Part shown: piece by piece, positions 1 through 8,896 of the stretch | Numbering within the stretch: the first letter of the stretch is position 1 | How the letters are laid out: every line of letters begins with the position of its first letter | DNA from: Actinomycetes bacterium | Lineage (GTDB): Bacteria > Actinomycetota > Acidimicrobiia > Acidimicrobiales > Ilumatobacteraceae | Length of the DNA stretch: 64,000 nucleotides | NCBI GenBank assembly: GCA_014190295.1 | Contig: BJGF01000001.1 | Location: forward strand, 7,518-71,517 | Direction of reading: 5' to 3' | Position numbers and translations under genes: made by a program | The notes under the pieces: generated by a model | The model's database searches: none | What the model was told of the DNA's origin: nothing | What the model saw: only the letters and a program-made list of their open reading frames with translations

Positions 1-140
1 CCGACCATAAAACTGCCGTATCTGCAGACTGTTGAACGGCGAGCATTCGCATTAGTGGTGGCAGATTCTTTATACTTTCCGAGACACATAACACAGGTCG
101 CCACGGTGGCGAACCCAATGAGAAAACGGAGAAAATACAC

Positions 141-2468
141 GTGAGCGCACTTTTTGCAACCGAAGGCGGATGGCAACAATTCACACTTAAAGGTGGCGAG
201 TGGTTAATCCTCGGACTCTCCGGCGCTTCTGCTGTTTTGGCACTTTTGGTCGGCTGGTATTTGATGGTCAAGGTTCTTCAAGAAGACGAAGGCACCGACA
301 AAATGAAAGAAATCGCCACGGCGATTCAAGTTGGCGCGTGGGCATATTTGAAACGCCAGTTTCGCACGATCGGGATGATTCTCGTGCCAGTCGGAGCAGT
401 CGTGTTCTTGACATCAGTAGCAATTGATAAACCAAATGGTGAATCTGCGCTTTCATTTGTCTCATCTGGTCTTTATCGCACACTTGCTTTCGTTCTTGGT
501 TGCGTTGCTTCAGGTCTCACCGGATACATCGGTATGACACTCGCGACGCGCGGCAACGTTCGCACGGCTGCAGCCGCCAAACGCGGTTCGATGAAGCAAG
601 CGCTACAAGTTGCATTTCGCACTGGTGGCGTCGCTGGAATGTTCACAGTCGGTCTTGGTTTGCTCGGCGCAACAATAATCATCGCGCTGTTTCAAAACAC
701 AAGTTCGGCAATGTTGATCGGTTTCGGATTTGGTGGATCACTTCTTGCATTGTTCTTGCGAGTCGGTGGCGGAATTTTCACAAAAGCCGCAGACGTCGGC
801 GCCGATTTGGTTGGCAAAGTTGAAGCAGGCATCCCAGAAGATGATCCACGAAACCCGGCGACGATTGCCGACAACGTCGGTGACAATGTTGGTGACTGCG
901 CAGGCATGGCTGCTGACTTGTTTGAGAGTTACGAAGTAACACTTGTTGCTTCGATCATTCTTGGTGTTGCAGCGTTCAACTCAATTGGTTTGAACCCCGC
1001 ACTCGGCTTGGTGTTTCCACTTGCTGCACGTGCGATCGGCGTGATCGCCTCAATCGCCGGCGTTTTCGCCGTGCGCGCCAAAGATGGCGAGACAAACGCG
1101 TTGAAGCCGATCAACCGCGGCTTTCTCACTGCTGGCATCATCACCGTCATCGGTACGTATTTGTTAGCAACTTATTATGTCGGCAACGACAAACTCGAAA
1201 AGACTGGTTTTGCCAACACAGGTTGGCGCGTGTTTGGCGCCGTGCTTGTCGGTTTAATTCTTGCTCAAGTATTAAGTCGTCTCACTGAATATTTCACCGG
1301 CACAGAATATGGCCCAGTAAAAGAAATCGCAGAGAGCACAGAGACTGGCCCAGCAACTGTTGTTCTCGCTGGCACTGCATCTGGTCTTGAGTCATCTGTA
1401 TATGCAATCTTGTGCATTGCGGTCGCACTCGGCACAACAATCTGGATGGGCGGCGGAAATATTCAGTTCTCGCTTTATCTCGTTGCATTGTGCGGCATGG
1501 GAATGCTCGCCACAACCGGCGTCATCGTCTCTGAAGACACTTTCGGCCCGGTTTCAGATAACGCTGCAGGCATCGCCGAAATGGCTGGCGAACTGCATGG
1601 CGAGACCGGCAAAATTCTTGTCAGCCTCGACGCAGTCGGCAACACGACAAAAGCAGTAACAAAAGGTTTCGCCATTGGCTCGGCAGTTATTGCAGCAGTT
1701 GCATTGTTTGCTTCATACATCGAGACCATCGCCAGCGAACTCGGCCTCAAAGATGCAAACGGCGTTGCACTTGAAGGCAAAGCGATTTTCACGGCGGTTG
1801 AAACACAAATCAATGTCTCAGATGTAAAAACATTTATTGGCCTTCTAATCGGTGGATCAATTGCGTTCATGTTCTCGGCACTCGCGATTCGCGCCGTAGG
1901 TCGAACTGCCGGCGTTGTTGTGCAAGAAGTGCGCAGTCAGTTCAAAGACGGCAAAATTATGGCCGGCACAAAACAACCTGACTATGGCCCAGTTATCGAC
2001 ATCTGCACCGCGGCTTCTTTGCGCGAACTAACAACGCCAGCATTGCTTGCAGTGCTCACACCAGTGATCGTTGGCTTCGGTATCGGTTATGCGGCACTTG
2101 GTGCGTTCTTGGCTGGTGTGATCTTGACTGGTCAGTTGATGGCCAACTATTTGAGCAACGCTGGTGGCGCATGGGACAACGCCAAGAAATACATCGAAGA
2201 CGGTCATCACGGTGGCAAAGGTTCTGCTGCACACAAAGCGGCCGTCATTGGCGACACCGTTGGCGACCCGTTCAAAGACACTGCTGGTCCGGCGCTTAAC
2301 CCGCTGATCAAAGTGATGAACTTAGTCGCGTTGTTGACATTGCCAGCAATTATCAAATATCAAGACAACGATTCAATGCGCCTGAGCATTGCGGGTGTTT
2401 CGCTCGTGATTTTGATAATCGCGATCATGTTCTCACGACGCAAGTCAGTCAGCATGGTTGCTGCTTAG
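141..2468 (+). CDS. hppA: K+-independent H+-translocating membrane pyrophosphatase
   Basis: 775-aa polytopic ORF with a GTG start preceded by GGAGA. Carries M-PPase motifs GDNVGDCAGMAADLFESY and GDTVGDPFKDTAGPALNPLIKV. The Lys in GNTTKAVTKG marks the K+-independent class. Confidence 0.93.
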   Translation: MSALFATEGGWQQFTLKGGEWLILGLSGASAVLALLVGWYLMVKVLQEDEGTDKMKEIATAIQVGAWAYLKRQFRTIGMILVPVGAVVFLTSVAIDKPNGESALSFVSSGLYRTLAFVLGCVASGLTGYIGMTLATRGNVRTAAAAKRGSMKQALQVAFRTGGVAGMFTVGLGLLGATIIIALFQNTSSAMLIGFGFGGSLLALFLRVGGGIFTKAADVGADLVGKVEAGIPEDDPRNPATIADNVGDNVGDCAGMAADLFESYEVTLVASIILGVAAFNSIGLNPALGLVFPLAARAIGVIASIAGVFAVRAKDGETNALKPINRGFLTAGIITVIGTYLLATYYVGNDKLEKTGFANTGWRVFGAVLVGLILAQVLSRLTEYFTGTEYGPVKEIAESTETGPATVVLAGTASGLESSVYAILCIAVALGTTIWMGGGNIQFSLYLVALCGMGMLATTGVIVSEDTFGPVSDNAAGIAEMAGELHGETGKILVSLDAVGNTTKAVTKGFAIGSAVIAAVALFASYIETIASELGLKDANGVALEGKAIFTAVETQINVSDVKTFIGLLIGGSIAFMFSALAIRAVGRTAGVVVQEVRSQFKDGKIMAGTKQPDYGPVIDICTAASLRELTTPALLAVLTPVIVGFGIGYAALGAFLAGVILTGQLMANYLSNAGGAWDNAKKYIEDGHHGGKGSAAHKAAVIGDTVGDPFKDTAGPALNPLIKVMNLVALLTLPAIIKYQDNDSMRLSIAGVSLVILIIAIMFSRRKSVSMVAA

Positions 2469-2493
2469 TTAGCAACTTTTTGATCAACAACTA

Positions 2494-2892
2494 ATGTCAG
2501 CCCGCGTCGATTATCTCAGCAATGAGTGGATTGAAGCAGTTGCATCTGGAATAAAACTAAACGATGACATCGCGCTAACAGCGCGAGAAAACACGGTTGC
2601 TGTAACCCAAATTGTTACTGGCACTCCGTATGGAGACGTGACTTATCATCTTGAGTCGCGCGACGGCACAATTAGTTTCGGCGTTGGTCCTGCATCTGTT
2701 TCAGATATTGCGTTCACGCAAGATTGGCAAACAGCCGTTGGTGTCGCCACTGGCAAGATCAACGCGCAAGAAGCATTTATCAGCGGCAAGATTCGATTTA
2801 AAGGCGATCATCAACGAGTGATCGCAACTCAACCATTATTTCTCGCCCTCGACGTCGTGTTCTCGGCAGTTAACGCCAACACGAATTTCTAA
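2494..2892 (+). CDS. SCP2 (sterol-carrier-like) domain protein
   Basis: 132-aa ORF. The C-terminal AQEAFISGKIRFKGD...PLF pattern is typical of the SCP2 fold. No catalytic motif. Confidence 0.6.
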   Translation: MSARVDYLSNEWIEAVASGIKLNDDIALTARENTVAVTQIVTGTPYGDVTYHLESRDGTISFGVGPASVSDIAFTQDWQTAVGVATGKINAQEAFISGKIRFKGDHQRVIATQPLFLALDVVFSAVNANTNF

Positions 2893-2912
2893 TCTCTACC
2901 CTGAAAAGATTT

Positions 2913-3899
2913 TTAAATTAGCCCAAGACTGCGCACGGCGTCACGCTCGTCAATCAACTCGGCGACTGACGCATCAATCATTTTGCGACTGAAGTCGTTA
3001 ATTGGCAAACCCTGCACGATGCTGTATTCGCCATTTGCGCACGTGCAAGGAAACGATGAAATCAAGCCTGCGGGAACGCCGTAACTGCCGTCAGACGGCA
3101 CCGACATGCTGACCCAGTCGCCTGCTGGCGTGCCTTGCACCCAGTTTCGAACATGATCCATCGCCGCGGTGCCTGCCGAAGCAGCCGATGATAAACCACG
3201 CGCCTTGATAATTGCTGCGCCACGCTTGGCAACAGTCGGAATAAAAGTCTCGCGCATCCAAGCATCGTCGTTAACCAAAGTCGCGGCATTTTTGCCGTCA
3301 ACTTCGCAGTTATAAAGATCTGGATATTGAGACGCCGAATGGTTGCCCCAGATCGTCATCTTTTTGATCGCCGACACTGGCTTGCCGAGTCGTTGAGCGA
3401 GTTGAGCGACAGCGCGGTTGTGATCTAATCGGGTCATCGCCGTGAATTGTTTTGGGTCAATACCCGAAGCGTTGCTCATTGCAATCAACGAATTTGTATT
3501 CGCCGGGTTACCGACAACCAAAACTTTTACATTCTTCTTGGCATTTTTGGCAATCGCAACGCCTTGTGGTTTGAAGATGCCGCCATTTGCCGTCAATAAA
3601 TCTGCACGCTCCATTCCATCTTTGCGCGGCATCGCACCAATCAACAGCGCAATATCTGCATCGCCGAAAGCAACATTGGCATCATCGGTGGTAATTACAT
3701 CTACGAGTGGCGCATAGGCGCAATCGTCAAGTTCCATTTTTACGCCGTTGAGAGCACCGAGCGCCGGCGTGACTTCAAGCAGTTGCAAAATTACTGGCGT
3801 ATCTGATCCGAGCATTTGCCCAGATGCGATTCGAAATAAAATCCCATAACCGATTTGACCGGCGGCACCCGTAACCGTGATTCGAACTGGTGTAGTCAT
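2913..3899 (-). CDS. mdh: malate dehydrogenase (LDH-like family)
   Basis: Rossmann motif [11 protein letters not shown], plus NPANTN and a GNHS catalytic region. The ORF opens at TTG 3920, but ATG 3899 ([15 protein letters not shown]) fits family N-termini better. Confidence 0.9.
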   Translation of the reverse strand: MTTPVRITVTGAAGQIGYGILFRIASGQMLGSDTPVILQLLEVTPALGALNGVKMELDDCAYAPLVDVITTDDANVAFGDADIALLIGAMPRKDGMERADLLTANGGIFKPQGVAIAKNAKKNVKVLVVGNPANTNSLIAMSNASGIDPKQFTAMTRLDHNRAVAQLAQRLGKPVSAIKKMTIWGNHSASQYPDLYNCEVDGKNAATLVNDDAWMRETFIPTVAKRGAAIIKARGLSSAASAGTAAMDHVRNWVQGTPAGDWVSMSVPSDGSYGVPAGLISSFPCTCANGEYSIVQGLPINDFSRKMIDASVAELIDERDAVRSLGLI

Positions 3900-3923
3900 A
3901 GCGCCGTCATCATACGACAAAAA

Positions 3924-5861
3924 TTACGGTCGACCAATTGCTTGCATCATTAGGTCGGCATAAATCTTCTGACCTTCAACGCGAATGTGAGTTTTGTCCC
4001 GATAAAGATATTCGGGGTGGGCATTGGCCACTGCATCCCAGTCCAAGACTTTGACGTTCTCATAACGCGACGGCAACTCGTTCATGCGGCGATTGTTGGT
4101 GTTTTGTCGAGCTTCACTCGGCACGTGTACGGTCACGAACAACACCAACGGCACATCTTTAAGCGGAACCATAATTTCATCGAGAGTTGTCTCATCGACG
4201 GTGTTGTTTGTGCCTAAGTGAATAATCACAACCGAGCCAAGACGGTTGACGGACTTCATAAAGTTGGCGATCTCAAGCGCTGCTCGAAACGAACGACTCT
4301 TGACTGCATCAACCGTGACTCCTCGTTCAGTCAAAACCCTCGCCGCACCAAGCATTACCGAATCACCAATTGCGAGAACATCAATAACTTGGCCATCAAG
4401 AGTTTCGGGCTGAGTAACTAGTTGCCCGGCAATTGTTGTTGCAGTGCCTGAGAACGAATTATTAGTTGTGCCATCACTATTTTTTGAATTCTGGCCGAGC
4501 ACATCGACTGTATTCGCTTCGTTCTCGGCAAGATTTTGGCTGATCTCATCAATCTGCACATCGGCGGTAAACAAACTGACTGTGCTGAACACTGGCAACA
4601 ACGCCAAGATTGCTACTAACACAATTGATCGTTGACGCTTAATGAGTTCGCTACCGAAAACAGGCTGACGAAATCGTGCCCACCATTTCGAAATGGCGCC
4701 TTGGCGCACCGGTGTCTCAACATAGCGATAGCTCAACTCAGTTATCGCAAGTGCCAACAGCACGAGCAACACGAACTCATACGGCGTTAAACCTTTGCCG
4801 GCAAAACGCCGATAGAACTGAAACACCGGCCAATGAAATAAGTAAAAACCGTAAGATCGCCGACCGAGCCAAACAAGCACAGGGTTGCCGAGACTTCGCG
4901 AAATAATTGTTGATGTCGGATGAACTGCAACAGCAATAACCACGACGCTGGCTAGATCTACAAGAAAGAATCCACCGCGAAATAAAAAGTCATAGCCAAC
5001 CGTGCCCACATCAGTACCTTGCGTAACGGTATGAAATCTGAACATCATCAATGCCAGCGCAACAAGCGCACCTAGACCGATGTAGTCAAGCAAATTTTTA
5101 CTAATTTCAAGTTGAGAACGCTTGAGCAACCATGGTCGCCACCAGATCGCAAGTGCGGCGCCGAGCAGTAAGCCACCAGACCGAGTCAGCGTGCCAAGAA
5201 ATAAAAAGTCGACTCGTGATACTGAATGCCCTAGAAGCGAGATGAACTGGCCGGGTGTTTCGTCAATTGTCGAAATCGTGCCCGAGCGATATACGAATCC
5301 CATATACAACGCAACGGCCAGTGATGCACCAAAAAAACCCACACCTACTTTTGGCAGCCGTTGCTTGCCCAGTTTGGCAACTAGAAGCATTACTAACGGC
5401 CAAATTAAATAGAACTGCTCTTCTACTGCAAGTGACCATAAGTGACGAAGTGGCACAAACTCAAACGAAGTGAAATAACTTGTGCCACCCCAAATTTGAA
5501 ACCAGTTAAAGCCATACAAAAGCGCAGCAACTACATCACCACGAAGTGTTCCGAGTATTTCGCGTTGAAATAACGAGGCAAAAATCACGACACCGATCAG
5601 CACCACCCAAAGCGCCGGCAGCAACCGCCTGGCTCGACGCAACCAAAACTGCTTGAGGCTTACCGAACCATTTTGCTCTGATTCGGCGAGCAACAACAAA
5701 GTAATTAAATATCCGCTGATCACAAAGAAAACTTCAACCCCGAGAAACCCGCCAGGCAACCACAGTTTGTTGGCGTGATAAATAATTACGGCTAAAACCG
5801 ACAGCGCGCGTATGCCATCTAAAGATGGAATATATGTGAGAAGTCCGGATCGTTTGTTCAT
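3924..5861 (-). CDS. membrane O-acyltransferase, acyltransferase-3 domain fused to SGNH/GDSL-like domain (OafA/YrhL-type)
   Basis: 645 aa. The N-terminal multi-TM acyltransferase-3 domain has LDGIRALSVLAVIIYH. A linker with a Thr/Asn-rich segment leads to a C-terminal domain with AIGDSVMLG. Confidence 0.8.
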   Translation of the reverse strand: MNKRSGLLTYIPSLDGIRALSVLAVIIYHANKLWLPGGFLGVEVFFVISGYLITLLLLAESEQNGSVSLKQFWLRRARRLLPALWVVLIGVVIFASLFQREILGTLRGDVVAALLYGFNWFQIWGGTSYFTSFEFVPLRHLWSLAVEEQFYLIWPLVMLLVAKLGKQRLPKVGVGFFGASLAVALYMGFVYRSGTISTIDETPGQFISLLGHSVSRVDFLFLGTLTRSGGLLLGAALAIWWRPWLLKRSQLEISKNLLDYIGLGALVALALMMFRFHTVTQGTDVGTVGYDFLFRGGFFLVDLASVVVIAVAVHPTSTIISRSLGNPVLVWLGRRSYGFYLFHWPVFQFYRRFAGKGLTPYEFVLLVLLALAITELSYRYVETPVRQGAISKWWARFRQPVFGSELIKRQRSIVLVAILALLPVFSTVSLFTADVQIDEISQNLAENEANTVDVLGQNSKNSDGTTNNSFSGTATTIAGQLVTQPETLDGQVIDVLAIGDSVMLGAARVLTERGVTVDAVKSRSFRAALEIANFMKSVNRLGSVVIIHLGTNNTVDETTLDEIMVPLKDVPLVLFVTVHVPSEARQNTNNRRMNELPSRYENVKVLDWDAVANAHPEYLYRDKTHIRVEGQKIYADLMMQAIGRP

Positions 5862-5923
5862 TTGTCAGTGCTCACAACGAGCATTAAAATTATAATGTTT
5901 TAACGACTTACTCGTGCTGCAAT

Positions 5924-6820
5924 CTATAAGCCAAGAACGATTTGAGCCATCAATTCACAAGCTTCGGTCGGGTTCAACCCAATCTTGACGCCTGCACTGC
6001 GTAGTGCATCCATCTTGCCTTGTGCCGTTCCTTTGCCGCCAGAAACGATCGCTCCAGCGTGACCCATTTTTTTGCCGGCAGGTGCTGTGACACCAGCGAT
6101 ATACGCACTCATCGGTTTTGTTACGTGCGTCATAATGAACTCTGCTGCTTCTTCTTCTGCTGATCCACCGATTTCACCGATCATGATTATTGCGTGAGTC
6201 TCTGGGTCGGATTGAAACTCTGCCAAACAATCCACAAACGAAGTTCCGGGCACAGGATCTCCTCCGATGCCGACGCAAGTTGATACACCAATTTTTAATT
6301 GTTTTAGTTCGTAAAGTGCTTGATATGTCAAAGTGCCTGAGCGCGAAACGATGCCGACATTTGGGCCAGTCTTAGATGGCAGCGCAGCAATTTCGCCGGC
6401 GGTGATACCAATATTGCATTTGCCTGGGCTGATTATCCCCGGGCAGTTTGGTCCGAGCAATCGTGTTTTCGGAAAGTCGCGTTGCAAAGTTGCAAAGACC
6501 CGCGCTTCATCTTGAGCAGGAACGCCTTCGGTAATGCAAACTATAAAACCAATACCCGCACGCGCTGCTTCAAGAATCGCAGTAGGTGCCGCCTTGGGTG
6601 GCACGGCGATAAACGAAGCTGTTGCCCCAGTTGCGGCGACGGCACTTTCAACCGTGTCGTACATCGGTATGCCCTCGACATCTTGACCTGCCTTGCCCGG
6701 AGTTACGCCGGCAACGACCTGAGTGCCATAGTCACGGTTGCGTAAACCGTGAAACCGACCTTGACCACCCGTCAAACCTTGTACGAGAACTTTCGTGTTT
6801 TCATTCACAAAAATTGCCAT
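5924..6820 (-). CDS. sucD: succinyl-CoA synthetase alpha subunit
   Basis: CoA-binding N-terminus KVLVQGLTGGQG and phosphohistidine loop MGHAGAIVSGGKGTA. Start taken at the internal ATG at 6820, 4 nt after the sucC stop. The longer ORF to 6868 overlaps sucC. Confidence 0.93.
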   Translation of the reverse strand: MAIFVNENTKVLVQGLTGGQGRFHGLRNRDYGTQVVAGVTPGKAGQDVEGIPMYDTVESAVAATGATASFIAVPPKAAPTAILEAARAGIGFIVCITEGVPAQDEARVFATLQRDFPKTRLLGPNCPGIISPGKCNIGITAGEIAALPSKTGPNVGIVSRSGTLTYQALYELKQLKIGVSTCVGIGGDPVPGTSFVDCLAEFQSDPETHAIIMIGEIGGSAEEEAAEFIMTHVTKPMSAYIAGVTAPAGKKMGHAGAIVSGGKGTAQGKMDALRSAGVKIGLNPTEACELMAQIVLGL

Positions 6821-6824
6821 GTTG

Positions 6825-7976
6825 CTAGTTCTTTCCTGCGATTTCGACTGCAACACGTGCCGCTTCAAGCATCGTCGCTCGCGAACTCAACTGCGACTCG
6901 GCAATGCCGGCATTGGCAATGATCTCACGGCCCTCTTTTGCATTGGTGCCATCGAGGCGAATCACAATTGGTGCTCGCAGTTTGACGCGCTTCATTGCTT
7001 CGACGATGCCTTTTGCCACTTCATCACCGCGAGTAATGCCACCAAAAATATTTATAAAAATACTTTTAACTTTTGTATCTGAATTAATTACTTCAAGTGC
7101 CGAAGTCATTAGTTCGGCATTTGCGCCACCACCGATATCCAAGAAGTTTGCGGCTTGTCCACCAACTTGATTGACAACATCAAGTGTGCTCATTGCCAAA
7201 CCAGCACCGTTAGCAATAATGCCGACCGTTCCGTCAAGACCGATGTACTGAAGATTTTTTTCGCGCGCAAGTTTTTCGCGTTCGTCGAGTTCTTCTGTGG
7301 CACGATATTCGTCCCACTCTGGGTGACGAAATGCGGCGTTGTCGTCAAGCGTAACTTTGGCATCAAGCGCGTGAACTTCTCCGTTTGGTTTCAATATCAA
7401 TGGGTTGATCTCAGCCAGGTCACAATCGCCCTTGGTGAAACATTCATAAAGTTTCACCAACATTGCTGCGACACCATCAATCGCTTTTTCAGAAATTCGC
7501 GCGTCAACAACTGCTCGACGTGCGTTATCAAAACTCAAACCTTCAATCGGGTTGACATACAACTTGACGATTGCAGTCGGATCAGTAACCGCAACTTGCT
7601 CAATCTCTACCCCGCCTTGCGCGGAGAGCATCAATAGATGCCGCTTGGCAGATCGATCGAGTGTGAACGATGCGTAATATTCTTCGGCAATATCTGAAGC
7701 ATGTTCAATCCAAATACGTTTGACGATGTGTCCTTTGATATCCATCCCAAGAATATTTTTGGCATGCAAGCGAACTTCATCGGCATTGTTCGCCAATTTG
7801 ATTCCACCTGCTTTGCCTCGACCGCCGACCTGTACTTGGGCTTTTATCACCACTGGATACTGCGCAAGATCGGCTTGCTTCACAGCCTCATCAACATTTA
7901 GCGCGACACCACCAGCCGAAACTGCAATGTCGTAGCGCGCAAAATATTGTTTGCCTTGATATTCAAATAAGTCCAC
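6825..7976 (-). CDS. sucC: succinyl-CoA synthetase beta subunit
   Basis: ATP-grasp N-terminus MDLFEYQGKQ and KAQVQVGGRGKAGGIK. Directly upstream of sucD. Confidence 0.93.
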   Translation of the reverse strand: MDLFEYQGKQYFARYDIAVSAGGVALNVDEAVKQADLAQYPVVIKAQVQVGGRGKAGGIKLANNADEVRLHAKNILGMDIKGHIVKRIWIEHASDIAEEYYASFTLDRSAKRHLLMLSAQGGVEIEQVAVTDPTAIVKLYVNPIEGLSFDNARRAVVDARISEKAIDGVAAMLVKLYECFTKGDCDLAEINPLILKPNGEVHALDAKVTLDDNAAFRHPEWDEYRATEELDEREKLAREKNLQYIGLDGTVGIIANGAGLAMSTLDVVNQVGGQAANFLDIGGGANAELMTSALEVINSDTKVKSIFINIFGGITRGDEVAKGIVEAMKRVKLRAPIVIRLDGTNAKEGREIIANAGIAESQLSSRATMLEAARVAVEIAGKN

Positions 7977-7990
7977 TGAAATCCTTTGTT

Positions 7991-8395
7991 CTAATTTTTG
8001 CTGGCGTCAAGCGCCAACTCTAACCATTTGGCGATATCGCCAAGCGACGAACCTGGTCCGAAGATTTCGCCAACACCTTGTTGTTTGAGCGTTGCGATAT
8101 CTTCTTCAGGGATAACTCCGCCACCGAAAATTAAAATTTCGCCAAGTTTTCGGTTTCGTAATTCTTCCATCACTCGAGGAAACAAAGTTAGATGTGCCCC
8201 AGACAACAACGAGAGACCCACGGCATCGGCATCTTCTTGCAACACGGTTTCAGCGATCTGTTCGGGCGTTTGGTGTAAACCCGTGTAAATGACCTCGAAT
8301 CCATGGTCACGCAGGGCGCGAGTGATCGTCTTGGCCCCACGGTCATGGCCATCTAGGCCAGGTTTTGCAACGACAACTCGATAATTACGTTTCAC
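7991..8395 (-). CDS. stand-alone cobalamin (B12)-binding domain protein, methylmalonyl-CoA-mutase small-subunit type
   Basis: 134 aa with a GTG start. Carries the DxHxxG cobalamin-ligand motif (LDGHDRGAK) and a flavodoxin-like fold pattern (VVVAKPG...GLSLLSGAH...IFGGGVIP). Confidence 0.8.
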   Translation of the reverse strand: MKRNYRVVVAKPGLDGHDRGAKTITRALRDHGFEVIYTGLHQTPEQIAETVLQEDADAVGLSLLSGAHLTLFPRVMEELRNRKLGEILIFGGGVIPEEDIATLKQQGVGEIFGPGSSLGDIAKWLELALDASKN

Positions 8396-8414
8396 GACTT
8401 ATTAACCTTACGGC

Positions 8415-8894
8415 ATGCGTCGAGTCGAATTCACATCCCCTATTGCTCGCGCGGTAATCCCCATTATTGGAGGTATCGCGGGATTCGCTTTACTTTTCGG
8501 TGTTACATGGATTTTGGCGAGTACCTCAACAAAAAATCGTGAGAATCAAATAGACACGGTTCCACAGACATTTGAAATCGGACAAGTAAAAGATGTTGCA
8601 AAAAGTATCGATGACGGTGGACCAATTTTGTACCCAGATTTACGCGACGCAACTGGCAAGCGATCGATCGTGATCGACCATACTGGCAGCGACCCCGCAA
8701 AAGGTTGGCAGGTTTATTATGCGTATCCGGCAGATCGCGACGAAGCCTGCCTCGTTGAGCACATCAAGCAATCGCGCAACTTCACGGATTGCGAAGGTCG
8801 AACTCTGACAGTCGATCAATTGCAACTGCCAACTGACGTACGACCAGTTGTTGAAAATCTAAAAACTCTTTTAATTGATCTTCGCACAAATTAA
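8415..8894 (+). CDS. hypothetical membrane-anchored protein
   Basis: 159-aa ORF with a single N-terminal TM helix (VIPIIGGIAGFALLFGVTWILA) and a soluble C-terminal part. No recognisable motif. It fills the gap between flanking genes. Confidence 0.5.
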   Translation: MRRVEFTSPIARAVIPIIGGIAGFALLFGVTWILASTSTKNRENQIDTVPQTFEIGQVKDVAKSIDDGGPILYPDLRDATGKRSIVIDHTGSDPAKGWQVYYAYPADRDEACLVEHIKQSRNFTDCEGRTLTVDQLQLPTDVRPVVENLKTLLIDLRTN

Positions 8895-8896
8895 AA

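Noticed and set aside
1-52. A possible divergent minus-strand gene start (ATG at 52 or 46) running off the left edge.
   Set aside because: Only about 17 codons are visible, with no recognisable sequence. It cannot be supported.
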